Source of the DNA: Nanobdellota archaeon
GTDB taxonomy: Archaea; Nanobdellota; Nanobdellia; Pacearchaeales; GW2011-AR1
Direction: 5' to 3'
Length of the DNA: 64,000 nt
Assembly: GCA_022561055.1 (NCBI GenBank)
Contig: JADFRY010000001.1
Coordinates: 121,262-185,261 of the forward strand
The notes beneath the pieces were generated by a model, which had not been told where the DNA came from, ran no database searches, and worked only from the letters and a program-made list of their open reading frames with translations. The position numbers were made by a program, and so were the translations under genes. Below, piece after piece: positions 18,201-27,760 of the stretch. Position 1 is the first letter of the stretch; every line of letters begins with the position of its first letter.

Positions 18201-18956
18201 ATGGCTACAAGAACAAAAATAAAAGGAAACTTTAACTGGAGAATTTTAACTATAGTTCCTAGTCTTATAGAGGGACCTGACGCAGAAGCATCCTTAGATG
18301 AATTCAATGGTAGAGCTGATGCTGATTACAAAGAAAATAGAAATGTAAAAGTCCTGACATATGATGATGGAATTGTAAAGGGTTCAAATTCTTTTGCTGT
18401 TGTTCTGATGAATCAAATTCTGAGACCTCAAGGAATAAGGACGGTGACTCCAGCTGATTTAGGAATGATATTAGAGGCAAGTAGTTTGCCATTAAGAGTC
18501 CAATATGAAGACGCGGCTTTAGTTCTAAGAGGAGATATTGACTCTTATGATCCTAATAATTCATTAGCACAAGATCTTGCTAGACAAGTAAAAGACCGTG
18601 GTTTAACTGCATCTCCGAAAGCTCCTGTGATGATTCCATTAACTGGCTTGGATTTACAAAATGCTGATAATCAATATGGTTTAGCTTTCAAGCTGAGAGA
18701 TGATGCTGAATTAATTGAAGCTCCTGAATTAGTTGACGAAAATGATGGTAAGACATTCTCTAAAACAGATGATAGAGGCATGCCAATCTTTGATGGCGAT
18801 GTGGGTAGAATATTATATACAAGAAATGAAGGCCTTTCCAGGTTGTACCTGGACAGGGGCTTGTACTCCGGTAGGTACAGGCTTGACGATTCCTACTGTT
18901 ACGGTCGGATAGTTCTTGTTTCTGGCGAATCCGGCGCGCCTAATTTTTCAGCATAA
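18201..18956 (+). CDS. probable DGR target protein (C-terminal variable region)
   Basis: C-terminal GLSRLYLDRGLYSGRYRLDDSYCYGRIV is encoded by a GC-rich tract dominated by NNY codons. Confidence 0.7.
   Translation: MATRTKIKGNFNWRILTIVPSLIEGPDAEASLDEFNGRADADYKENRNVKVLTYDDGIVKGSNSFAVVLMNQILRPQGIRTVTPADLGMILEASSLPLRVQYEDAALVLRGDIDSYDPNNSLAQDLARQVKDRGLTASPKAPVMIPLTGLDLQNADNQYGLAFKLRDDAELIEAPELVDENDGKTFSKTDDRGMPIFDGDVGRILYTRNEGLSRLYLDRGLYSGRYRLDDSYCYGRIVLVSGESGAPNFSA
18831..18914 (+). other. putative DGR variable repeat (VR)
   Basis: 26 codons (18831-18908), 44/78 GC, no AA dinucleotide, no third-position A; degenerate CTGGC-GAA-TCCGG hairpin at 18922-18934. Confidence 0.6.
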
Positions 18957-19068
18957 ATAGCTTTGGGTAGAGATGAAGATAATAATCTGAGGAGAGTTTA
19001 TTTTGTAGAAGACAGGAGTGCTTATTAGTTTTAATTAACTTTATTAACTAGTTTCTTTCAGGTAGATT

Positions 19069-19863
19069 ATGGTCTTTGTCAGTGAATTAGTATCAGCATT
19101 AATTTTAGCGGTTGTTCAGGGGCTTACTGAATGGGTGCCTGTTTCTAGTTCTGGGCATTTGATTTTATTTGAGAGACTGCTAGGATTTTCTGGAGGATTG
19201 ACTTTTAACGTTGCTTTGCATTTTGGAACTTTGATGGCTGTGTTTGTTTATTTTGGTAAAGATATTACAGATATTATTCAGGATTTGTTGAGAGGTAAAT
19301 GGAAGAGCGAGCACGGCAGAATGGGTTTGTTGTTAATTATCGCTTCTATTCCTGCTGCAATTATTGGTTTCTTGGTTAAGGATTTTTTTGAGAGTGTTTT
19401 GTCTGGATTAGGAGTGGTTGCATTGGGATTTGGAATTACTGGTTTGTTTTTGTTAATTGCAAGTTTTCATTTTAACGGTAAAAAGATTGGTGGAATGAAG
19501 AAATTAGGATATGGAAATGCTTTTTTAATTGGTATCGCCCAGGCTTTGTCTATTGTGCCTGGAATTTCTAGGAGTGGTGCAACAATTTCTTCAGGAGTTT
19601 TATTAGGTTTAAATGAAAAAAACGCGATGAGGTTTGCTTTTTTAATGTCTATTCCGGTCATATTTGGAGCTAATATTATTTTTATTGGTAATCAAACCTT
19701 GCCTAAAGAGTTAATATGGGCGACTCTCGTTTCTTTTATTGTTGGACTTGCAAGTATTCATGTTATTTTTAAATATGTTTTGATTTTTAAGAAAAATTTT
19801 AGGTGGTTTGGGATTTATTGTTTGTTGTTGGCTTTAGCTATTGGAATTTGGTTGTTAGTTTAG
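19069..19863 (+). CDS. uppP: undecaprenyl-diphosphate phosphatase
   Basis: QGLTEWVPVSSSGH, HFGT and PGISRSG motifs. Confidence 0.95.
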   Translation: MVFVSELVSALILAVVQGLTEWVPVSSSGHLILFERLLGFSGGLTFNVALHFGTLMAVFVYFGKDITDIIQDLLRGKWKSEHGRMGLLLIIASIPAAIIGFLVKDFFESVLSGLGVVALGFGITGLFLLIASFHFNGKKIGGMKKLGYGNAFLIGIAQALSIVPGISRSGATISSGVLLGLNEKNAMRFAFLMSIPVIFGANIIFIGNQTLPKELIWATLVSFIVGLASIHVIFKYVLIFKKNFRWFGIYCLLLALAIGIWLLV

Positions 19864-19894
19864 AAATAGAGCCAATTTAATTGATAAATTACTT

Positions 19895-21469
19895 TTAAGT
19901 ACTTTCACACTTACTTTCTACACATATTTTATCTTCATCGCAGTCTGTGTCAACTGTGCATTCTGGCGCATTTTCACATTCACCTTCTACACAAACTTTA
20001 TCTTCTTCACAATTAGCATCGACTGTACATTCAGCTTTATCTTCTTCGTCTATTTCATCATTCTCATCTTTAAATTCTATCAAATCCTCTTTCTCTTCTC
20101 TAGTTTCAATCTCAAATTCTACAAATGGCCTTATTTCTTCGACTGGAACTCCTAATCTGAGTGCTATTTCATTTAAGATTTCTTTTTCATTTGTTGTTTT
20201 TAATTTAAATTCCATTTTTATTCTATCCCATTTAATTTCTATTTCTGCTTCATCATCTTCTATTTCGACTTCAATCTCTCTTTCTTTCTCCTCCTCCTCA
20301 ACTTCTTGTTTAAATTCTATAACATCTAATATTTCTTGTTCTGTAAGTTGGATTCTCTTTACAATTGCTTTTATTATAGACTCTCTGTCGGTGCCATCAA
20401 TGAATTCTAGTTTTATTTTTACTTTTGCAAATGAAACACCGTGTTTTTCTTTTATTTTAGCTTTAATTCTTAATTTTTCCAATCTTTCAAGTTCTTTCTT
20501 ATCTTCATCTTGTTCAGTTATGCTATTATCCGAGCCATTATCACAATGCCCTAGAGAGTCGCCATGTGCTAAATGAGTAGAAACCGCAGGCGCTCCTATG
20601 ATTATCGTATGTGCCTCTTCTGGATTTTCTGGAGGAATATGGCAAATCTCAACCTCTTCCTTTTCATCATCGCCTCTTTCTATTTTCAAGAGGCGATTTG
20701 CTTCTTCTTTAGTCAGAGCAAATCTTTCAATTATTTCTTTGATTACTTCATCTTTACTAGTTGCTCTTATAGTGAATTTAAGCTCAACCTTTACTCTTGA
20801 GAAATCGTCAAATATTTTTGCTTTAACTTTTCTTTCTTCCCTTAATCTTCCTAAACCATCTTCTATTTCTATTCTTGATCTTCCTGTTCGCTGCTCTATT
20901 CTAACCTTTGTTCTTTCTTCTTTATTTTCTATGTCTATTCTTACTCTTTCTATATTTTCATCAAGAGAATTTATGAATGCAAGTAATCTGGCTATTTGCT
21001 CTTCTGTCAGTGTTATGCCTTCTATTTTTATTCTTATTCTTGATCTGATTTCATCTAATTCTGCTTCTTGATCGTCTAAGGCATTTTCAAGGTCAACTAC
21101 TTCTTCTAAATTTTTTTCATTATCTTCTTCTAATTCTTGTATTCCTGCTCTTACTCTGGTAAGTTTTTCTTTATGAGCTAATTCAGCTTTTTCTGCGTCA
21201 GGAATTTTTTCTTCCTCAATCATCGCTTTGACTTCAAGAAGTCTTTCAAGAGCATGTTTGAGACCTTTTTCTGCTTTAGCTGATTTATCAAATGTTAGTG
21301 CTAGATTAATGTTTTCTAAAGCTCTGTCAATGCCCCATAAAGGATTATCAGGAGTCACGCCTGCTTGTATCTCTTCCTCGGCTGAAACGGCTTGATCCTG
21401 CGCAATTACAAATGATAAGGTTACAAATATAAGAAGACTAGATAATAATATTAATTTGTTCATATTCAT
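19895..21469 (-). CDS. secreted acidic coiled-coil protein with His/Cys modules
   Basis: signal peptide, AGVTPDNPLWGID domain, CHIPP..HLAHGDSLGHC, two C-terminal Cys repeats. Confidence 0.75.
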   Translation of the reverse strand: MNMNKLILLSSLLIFVTLSFVIAQDQAVSAEEEIQAGVTPDNPLWGIDRALENINLALTFDKSAKAEKGLKHALERLLEVKAMIEEEKIPDAEKAELAHKEKLTRVRAGIQELEEDNEKNLEEVVDLENALDDQEAELDEIRSRIRIKIEGITLTEEQIARLLAFINSLDENIERVRIDIENKEERTKVRIEQRTGRSRIEIEDGLGRLREERKVKAKIFDDFSRVKVELKFTIRATSKDEVIKEIIERFALTKEEANRLLKIERGDDEKEEVEICHIPPENPEEAHTIIIGAPAVSTHLAHGDSLGHCDNGSDNSITEQDEDKKELERLEKLRIKAKIKEKHGVSFAKVKIKLEFIDGTDRESIIKAIVKRIQLTEQEILDVIEFKQEVEEEEKEREIEVEIEDDEAEIEIKWDRIKMEFKLKTTNEKEILNEIALRLGVPVEEIRPFVEFEIETREEKEDLIEFKDENDEIDEEDKAECTVDANCEEDKVCVEGECENAPECTVDTDCDEDKICVESKCEST

Positions 21470-21517
21470 AATTAATTATAAGAAAGAGAGATATATAAGT
21501 TTTAGGTTTTTGGTTTC

Positions 21518-21670
21518 TCAATCATGTTTTTTGATTGTATGTCCGCATTCAGTGCATTTCCATTTTTCAAAGACGTCTTCTTTAAATGAGAAAGGAACTA
21601 AGTATCCTTCATTGCATATTGGACATTTTGGGAAAATGCAATTATTGTTGTTTTTTTGTTCGTCGGTCAT
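21518..21670 (-). CDS. small zinc-ribbon protein (50 aa)
   Basis: Not in track: MTDEQKNNNNCIFPKCPICNEGYLVPFSFKEDVFEKWKCTECGHTIKKHD; starts 1 nt after the alaS stop. Confidence 0.75.
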   Translation of the reverse strand: MTDEQKNNNNCIFPKCPICNEGYLVPFSFKEDVFEKWKCTECGHTIKKHD

Positions 21671-21671
21671 T

Positions 21672-23465
21672 TTATTCTAAAATCGCCTTTATCCTCCTGA
21701 CTCCGGCAGCAATAGATTGTTCTTTTATTATTTTAAACTTTTCTAATTCTTTTATGTTGCTAACATGTGGGCCTGTGCAGATTTCTTTGCTGAACCAGCC
21801 TTGTTTTTGTGAAGAGTCTTCTATAGTGTAGACAGATACTATTTTAGGATATTTGTGACCAAACTCTGCTTGAGCACCAATGTTTAATGCTTTGTTTAAT
21901 GGCATTTCTTCTTTAATTACTTTTAAGCCAGCTTTTATTTTTTCATTTACAAGATTCTCTACTTTTTTTAGTTCTTCTGGAGTGAGCTTTCTTGGGAAAT
22001 TAAAGTCAAATCTTAGTCTTTCTAGAGTTATGTTTGAACCTCTTTGTTTCACTTTGTTTCCTAGGACTCTTCTTAGCGCTTCATTTAAGAGATGAGTCGC
22101 TGTATGTAATTTTGTTGTTTCTTCTGAAGCATCTGCTAAACCTGATTTGAACACGCCTTGTTTTGCAGCTGCCCCTCTCGATAGAGTTTGATGTTTTTTC
22201 AGTTCTTTTTTGTATCCTTCTAAATTAACTTTGATTCGTTTTTCTGCTGCAAGTTCTTGTGTCATTTCAATTGGGAAGCCATAGCTTTGGAAAAGTAAGA
22301 AAGCTTCTTTTCCAGATATTTTTTTGTTGCGATTTTGCGTGAGCCTATTGAATTCTCTGATGCCTTTTTCGAGTGTGTTTCGGAATTTATTTTCTTCCTC
22401 ATCTAGACTCGTGAATATGAAATTTTTATTTTTTTTTAATTCAGGATAATCAGGATAAATTGGTAAGACTGCTTGGGCAATTTTTGCTGTGAAGTTTTTA
22501 TTGATGTTAAGGAGCCGGCCATATCTGATTGCCCGTCTAATTAGTCTTCTTAAGACATATCCTTGTCCAATATTTGATGGTTTGATGCCTTTTTCATCTC
22601 CGAGAATGAAGGTTGCGGCTTTAATATGGTCTGCGATTATTCTTATTGGTTTTTTGTTTTCCTTAGAATGGTAAGATTTTCCAGATATTTTTTCTATTTC
22701 TTTTATTATTGGTAAGAAGAGGGATGAGCAGTAGTCATCCTCCAAATTATTTAGAACTGTAAGAGTTCTTTCAACACCACCGCCGAAGTCAACATTTTTT
22801 TGTTTTAATTTGACGTATTCGCCTTCTTTTGTTTTGTTGTATTCTATGAAGACGTCGTTTCCTATTTCTACCCATTTATCATTGTCAGGGTCAAATTTTT
22901 TTGGAGGTTTTTTTTCAGATGCCCAGAAGAACATTTCTGTACAAGGACCACAAGGTCCTGTTTGTCCTGCAGGGCCCCACCAATTATCTTTTTTCCCTCG
23001 GAAAGCAATTCTTTCTTTTGGCACTCCGAGGCTTAACCAAATTTTTGTAGATTCTTTGTCTCTAGGAGCATCTTTATCACCTTTAAAACAAGTGATTGCA
23101 ATTTTTTCTCTTGATATTTTGAGAGTTTTTGTTAAAAATCCAAAACTATATTCTATTGCTTCTTTTTTCCAGTAATCACCAAAACTCCAATTTCCAAGCA
23201 TTTCAAAGAAAGTGTGATGTACAAGATCTCCGACTTCGTCTATATCCCCTGTTCTGAGGCATTTTTGAACATTTACAATTCTTTTTCCTAGTGGATGTTT
23301 TTGACCTGTTAAGTAAGGAACTAATGGGTGCATTCCTGCTGTTGTGAATAAAACTGTTGGGTCGTTTTCAGGAATAAGAGAAGAAGAAGGAATTGCTTTA
23401 TGTTTATTCTTTTTGAAAAAATCAATGTATCTCTTTATTAGGTCTTGGCGGGTTTTTATTTGCAT
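21672..23465 (-). CDS. alaS: alanyl-tRNA synthetase (short form, no C-Ala domain)
   Basis: DPTVLFTTAGM, FFEMLGNWSFGDY, editing motifs HTATH and CTGPH. Confidence 0.95.
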   Translation of the reverse strand: MQIKTRQDLIKRYIDFFKKNKHKAIPSSSLIPENDPTVLFTTAGMHPLVPYLTGQKHPLGKRIVNVQKCLRTGDIDEVGDLVHHTFFEMLGNWSFGDYWKKEAIEYSFGFLTKTLKISREKIAITCFKGDKDAPRDKESTKIWLSLGVPKERIAFRGKKDNWWGPAGQTGPCGPCTEMFFWASEKKPPKKFDPDNDKWVEIGNDVFIEYNKTKEGEYVKLKQKNVDFGGGVERTLTVLNNLEDDYCSSLFLPIIKEIEKISGKSYHSKENKKPIRIIADHIKAATFILGDEKGIKPSNIGQGYVLRRLIRRAIRYGRLLNINKNFTAKIAQAVLPIYPDYPELKKNKNFIFTSLDEEENKFRNTLEKGIREFNRLTQNRNKKISGKEAFLLFQSYGFPIEMTQELAAEKRIKVNLEGYKKELKKHQTLSRGAAAKQGVFKSGLADASEETTKLHTATHLLNEALRRVLGNKVKQRGSNITLERLRFDFNFPRKLTPEELKKVENLVNEKIKAGLKVIKEEMPLNKALNIGAQAEFGHKYPKIVSVYTIEDSSQKQGWFSKEICTGPHVSNIKELEKFKIIKEQSIAAGVRRIKAILE

Positions 23466-23594
23466 AACAGGAAGTGGAATTTGATGTTTTTAATATTAAC
23501 TTGTTTTATTAAGTTTTGAGAGAAAACTTATTTTTGTTATCTTTATAGTAGTTACAGTGCAAAGCTTTAAAAGAGAGAGAGATTTTTGAATTTT

Positions 23595-24812
23595 ATGAGT
23601 TATTTAGAAGATAGAGTTGAAAGAATTGGCAGACTGAAAGGAATTCTCTTATCTGGTGAGCTGAAAACTCGTAAAGAAATTTTGGAAGAGCTTGGAGCTA
23701 GTCAATATACTCTTAAGGTTTTGTTGGAAGGAATTGGTGCTAGATTAGTTCCTAAGAGGTATCATCATTATGCTAAGATAAGAAATGCTATGGATAATGG
23801 AGCGAAAACTAGAAAAGAAATAGCTAAAGTGACCGGGCTTAGTTATAATACTGTATCTATAGTAGTTAAGGAAGGAGCTATTGGAAATATTTATCTTGGT
23901 AGAATAAAGAAAACAAGAGCTGATAGATTAATTGGAAGAGGTCTCTCTTTCGGTCAGATAGCAGAAAGGGCAGGTGTATCTAGGAGCACTGTTTTGCGAT
24001 ATGTTAACATATCTAACCAACGTGAGAAATGGAGAGAGAGTAGAGAAGGGTATAAAAATGCACCTAAGATTAAGGCTCAAAAAGAGAGAGAAGAGGATGA
24101 GGAGAGAATTGGTGTTGTCAGAGGTTTGATTCGTTCAGTTCAAGATAACTCCTTAAAAAAACTTGATGAAGATGAAGAATGGGCTGCGAGAAAAGCTTTG
24201 GCAGTAAGAGGAAGACATCCTTTTTATGAAGTGGGAAAATTGTATACTATTTTTGTGAGATATAGAGAAGCAGAGAAGAGAGAATATAAATTGTCTTTGG
24301 AGGAATTAGGGGAAGGAACTGGTATTTGGTTTCCCCAGGTTGGTAGGTTTCTGAAAGAAGCTGGTTTAAGCCCTCTTTATGGAAAAAGAGATAGACATGC
24401 AACTCCTGCTGAAAAAAAAGAAGCTATAAGAAGATCTGTGTATGTGGAGATGCCCTATTTAGATATAGATTATTTTTTGGGTCTTCCTGCTCTTGTTGTT
24501 AATAATAATATTAGGGGTGGGGGGCTAAGGGATAAAAGACCAGATACTAAACCCTGGATTAAATCATTTGGAATTAGATCTAATTTAGGAACTTTAAATT
24601 ATCGTCTGGCGAGCCAGGTTTATGAGGCGCAAGATTTAGGATTTTCAGTTTCAGAGACAATGGAATTATTAGACTCTGGGAATGAGCTTGTTAATTATGC
24701 TTTAGAAAATAGAGGAGAAATTTCTGACAAAATTGTTGGTGCTTTGGAAGTGATGTATCCTGATAGAGATATTTCTAAACCTTACAGAGATTGGAAATTA
24801 TATAATTACTGA
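23595..24812 (+). CDS. multi-HTH DNA-binding protein
   Basis: repeated HTH-like segments (EIAKVTGLSYNTV, QIAERAGVSRSTV, ELGEGTGI). Confidence 0.7.
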   Translation: MSYLEDRVERIGRLKGILLSGELKTRKEILEELGASQYTLKVLLEGIGARLVPKRYHHYAKIRNAMDNGAKTRKEIAKVTGLSYNTVSIVVKEGAIGNIYLGRIKKTRADRLIGRGLSFGQIAERAGVSRSTVLRYVNISNQREKWRESREGYKNAPKIKAQKEREEDEERIGVVRGLIRSVQDNSLKKLDEDEEWAARKALAVRGRHPFYEVGKLYTIFVRYREAEKREYKLSLEELGEGTGIWFPQVGRFLKEAGLSPLYGKRDRHATPAEKKEAIRRSVYVEMPYLDIDYFLGLPALVVNNNIRGGGLRDKRPDTKPWIKSFGIRSNLGTLNYRLASQVYEAQDLGFSVSETMELLDSGNELVNYALENRGEISDKIVGALEVMYPDRDISKPYRDWKLYNY

Positions 24813-25126
24813 AGAGCTTTAAGTTTGGTTCTTATTTCTTCAATTTCAAGATCTAGTTCGTCTCGCTTTTTAGGAGTTTTTTTTATCGTGCGTGTATGGT
24901 ACGACTCGTGTTTTACTGTTGGAAATAATTTATCTAAAGATTTCATTTCTTGTTGCATTTCATTTACTTTTTTTCTTAGCTGGTTTTTTAGAGCGAGTTC
25001 TTTTTTTCTTAGTTTTTTGTATTCTTGATATCTTTTTATTATTGTTAGCAATTCCATTTGGCCATAAAGCAGATTTTTCTTACCGTAAATTTGTTCAGAA
25101 TGTCCTAGTTTTACATATTCAATCAT
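24806..25126 (-). CDS. coiled-coil hypothetical protein
   Basis: 106 aa, overlaps the stop of the upstream gene. Confidence 0.7.
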   Translation of the reverse strand: MIEYVKLGHSEQIYGKKNLLYGQMELLTIIKRYQEYKKLRKKELALKNQLRKKVNEMQQEMKSLDKLFPTVKHESYHTRTIKKTPKKRDELDLEIEEIRTKLKALQ

Positions 25127-25745
25127 TTAAACTACCTTGTGTACCCTCGAAAATTTGCGAATTTACATTGTCAATCCTCGCTTTAATTGTTTCTATTTCT
25201 CTTTCCCATGCAGAGAGTTCATGGTCTTCTCTTAGTTTGACTTCTCTTATGTTTTTCAGTAGTTCTTCTATTTCTCCGAGTTGTCCTTTGACTGTATTGA
25301 GCGAGTCTCTTGCCGCTTGGAATTTATCTAGTCTTACAAATATTGGTTTGTTTTCTATTATCCTTTTTGGTGGCGGTAAAGCAGGAGCAGGAGCAGGAGC
25401 CAGTTGCAAAGAAGGTTGCAAATCTTTCATAGGTTCTATCTGTTTTTTTGGTTTCCATTCTTCCATTTCAATTAGTTTGTGCTCTCTTTCTTCTGGGAAT
25501 GCAGGAATTTTTGGCAGTTCTTCTTCAGCATCTGGTGTTGAGACAGCATCTTTTATAGCGCTCTGACTAAAACCTTTTTGCGTTGGTGAATCTGGAAAAG
25601 AAGGTAAGCCATGAATTTCTTCTTCTTGTTTTTCTTTAGACAAACCAGGTGGAGAGTGATTGAAATCTTTCATTGAAGGAATTGCTTTCGGCGCAGCTGG
25701 TAAGTCTGGGAGACCCCTATTTTTCTTTTTTTTACTCCAAAACAT
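25119..25745 (-). CDS. Pro-rich plus coiled-coil hypothetical protein
   Basis: LPDLP/LPSFP repeats, then PIFVRLDKF coiled coil. Confidence 0.75.
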   Translation of the reverse strand: MFWSKKKKNRGLPDLPAAPKAIPSMKDFNHSPPGLSKEKQEEEIHGLPSFPDSPTQKGFSQSAIKDAVSTPDAEEELPKIPAFPEEREHKLIEMEEWKPKKQIEPMKDLQPSLQLAPAPAPALPPPKRIIENKPIFVRLDKFQAARDSLNTVKGQLGEIEELLKNIREVKLREDHELSAWEREIETIKARIDNVNSQIFEGTQGSLND

Positions 25746-25869
25746 ATTATTATTTTCCAAAAGAGATATAAATAGGTTTATATAAATTATATAATAGTAA
25801 CATAAAAATACGAAAGGTTTTTATTCGAAGTTTTTTAAAGGTGTCTATTGATGTTAGGATTTTTATAAG

Positions 25870-26856
25870 ATGGTAAAGAAAATTAAACAAGTAAAAAAGG
25901 GAATAAAGATATATAAAAAAATAGGGAAGAGAGTAGAGAAGATAACGCCAAGGAAAAAAATAAAAAAAGTGGTAGTGTTGAGGAAGAAAATTAAAAAGAA
26001 GGATATTACAAAACATTCAAAGAAAATAAAAATCTCTGAAAAAAAGCAACTAGAACTTTTAAAAAATATAGTTATTTCAATTGCAGGAGAAAATTCTGCT
26101 CAAATTGTTGATATTTTATATAAGAAGGAAAATATGAACGAATTTCTTATAGCTAAGAAGTTAGATATAACAATAAATCAGGCGAGAAATATTTTATACA
26201 AACTTGCCGAAGAGGGATTGGTTAATTTTAGTAGAAAGAAAGATAAAAAAAATGGAGGATGGTACACATATTTTTGGACGTTAGACATCGGAAAGTCTTT
26301 AGTCAGTCTAAAAAAGAAAATTGTTCAAGAGATTAAGGAATTAGAATATCAGGTAACAAGTAAAAAAACAAAGAGATTTTATTTTTGTTCAAACTGTGAT
26401 ATTGAGATGAGTGAAGAAAACGCTTTGTTGCATAATTTTACTTGCCCAGAATGCGGTGAGGTTTTTCAGTTGAAGGATAATAAAGAAATTATTACGCGTT
26501 TGGAAAATAATATTGCGAAACTTAAAGAGCAGTTATTTTTTGTTGATGAAGAGGTTGAGATTATACGGAAAAAAGAAGAGGTCGTAAAGGAAAGAAGAAT
26601 GAAGGCAGAAGCTAAGAAAAAAATGATTGAAAGGGCTGCTCGGAGAAAAGCTAAAAAAAGAGAGATGGAAAAAAATAAAAAGATTGTGAAGAAAACTAAA
26701 AAAGTGAGAAAGAAAAAGAAGTCTAAAAAAATTATTAATAAAATAAAGAAAAAGCAAAAAAAGAAAATAAGTAAATGGGTTTCTAGAAAGAAAGTGTTAA
26801 GGAAAAAAAGAGCTGTGAGAGCGAGGAGAATATTTAAGAAAAAGAGGAGAAGATAG
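25870..26856 (+). CDS. tfe: transcription factor E alpha with Lys/Arg-rich extensions
   Basis: EFLIAKKLDITINQARNILYKL, GWYTYFW, CSNC..CPECG Zn ribbon. Confidence 0.9.
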   Translation: MVKKIKQVKKGIKIYKKIGKRVEKITPRKKIKKVVVLRKKIKKKDITKHSKKIKISEKKQLELLKNIVISIAGENSAQIVDILYKKENMNEFLIAKKLDITINQARNILYKLAEEGLVNFSRKKDKKNGGWYTYFWTLDIGKSLVSLKKKIVQEIKELEYQVTSKKTKRFYFCSNCDIEMSEENALLHNFTCPECGEVFQLKDNKEIITRLENNIAKLKEQLFFVDEEVEIIRKKEEVVKERRMKAEAKKKMIERAARRKAKKREMEKNKKIVKKTKKVRKKKKSKKIINKIKKKQKKKISKWVSRKKVLRKKRAVRARRIFKKKRRR

Positions 26857-27560
26857 TGGTTTATAGAAGAAGAGCTTATAGGCGTAGTTATAGGAGAAAA
26901 GGTTTTTTTGCTAGGATGAGTATGACTGACACTTTGATATTCATTAATGTATTAGTTTTTTTTATTATTTTGATTGCAGCGCTTTCAGGATTCTTGGAGT
27001 TTGTAATTAATTATTTTGCTTTGAATCCTTCTTCATTTTTTCAAGGTTATATTTGGACACCCCTAACTAGTATGTTTATGCATGTTCTTTTCTTGCATCT
27101 CTTTGTTAATATGATCTCTATGTTTTTTATTGGTAATTTTGTAGAAAGATTAATTGGAAGAAAAAGATATTTGTGGTTTTATATGATATCTGGTATTGTA
27201 GCTAGCTTGTTTTTTGTTGGTTTTGCTTATCTTGGTCTTTTCGTTTCTGGAGGAGAGGCTTTATTTGGAGGATTTGACATGCCTGCTATTGGTGCAAGCG
27301 GGGCTTTATTTGGTTTAGGTGGATTGCTTGCAGTTTTAATTCCTAGATTGAAAGTTTTAATTTTCTTCATTATTCCCATGCCTATGTGGCTTGCGATGAC
27401 AGTTTTAATGTTTGGACTTTGGATATTTTCTGTAACAGCAGGATTGCCTGTTGGAAATACGGCTCATTTTGGAGGTCTTTTAGTCGGCGTTGCTTATGGT
27501 TTTTATTTAAGGAAAAGGTATTCTAGAAAAATTAAGATGTTGAATAAGATGTTTGGGTAA
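26856..27560 (+). CDS. rhomboid intramembrane serine protease
   Basis: HLFVNM, GASG and AHFGG motifs. Confidence 0.95.
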   Translation: MVYRRRAYRRSYRRKGFFARMSMTDTLIFINVLVFFIILIAALSGFLEFVINYFALNPSSFFQGYIWTPLTSMFMHVLFLHLFVNMISMFFIGNFVERLIGRKRYLWFYMISGIVASLFFVGFAYLGLFVSGGEALFGGFDMPAIGASGALFGLGGLLAVLIPRLKVLIFFIIPMPMWLAMTVLMFGLWIFSVTAGLPVGNTAHFGGLLVGVAYGFYLRKRYSRKIKMLNKMFG

Positions 27561-27571
27561 ATACAATAATT

Positions 27572-27694
27572 ATGTCAAGATTGCTGATGCAGAGAACCAC
27601 ATGCTTTAGCATGTGGATGAATACAATCTTGAACATCCAAAAAAACTAACAAACCATACGCTTTAGTGTATGATAAACTCAAAGTTTTTTTGGT
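27572..27694. repeat. double-hairpin element, copy B, with nested IS200/IS605-like hairpins
   Basis: TCAAGATTG/CAATCTTGA encloses CCACATGC-TTTA-GCATGTGG; CCAAAAAAACT/AGTTTTTTTGG encloses CATACGC-TTTA-GTGTATG. Confidence 0.7.
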
Positions 27695-27760
27695 TTCCTG
27701 TTTATAGATAGATTGTTAACTAAGTTTTAAAAACATGCATTTCTATTTTATATTAGTAAG

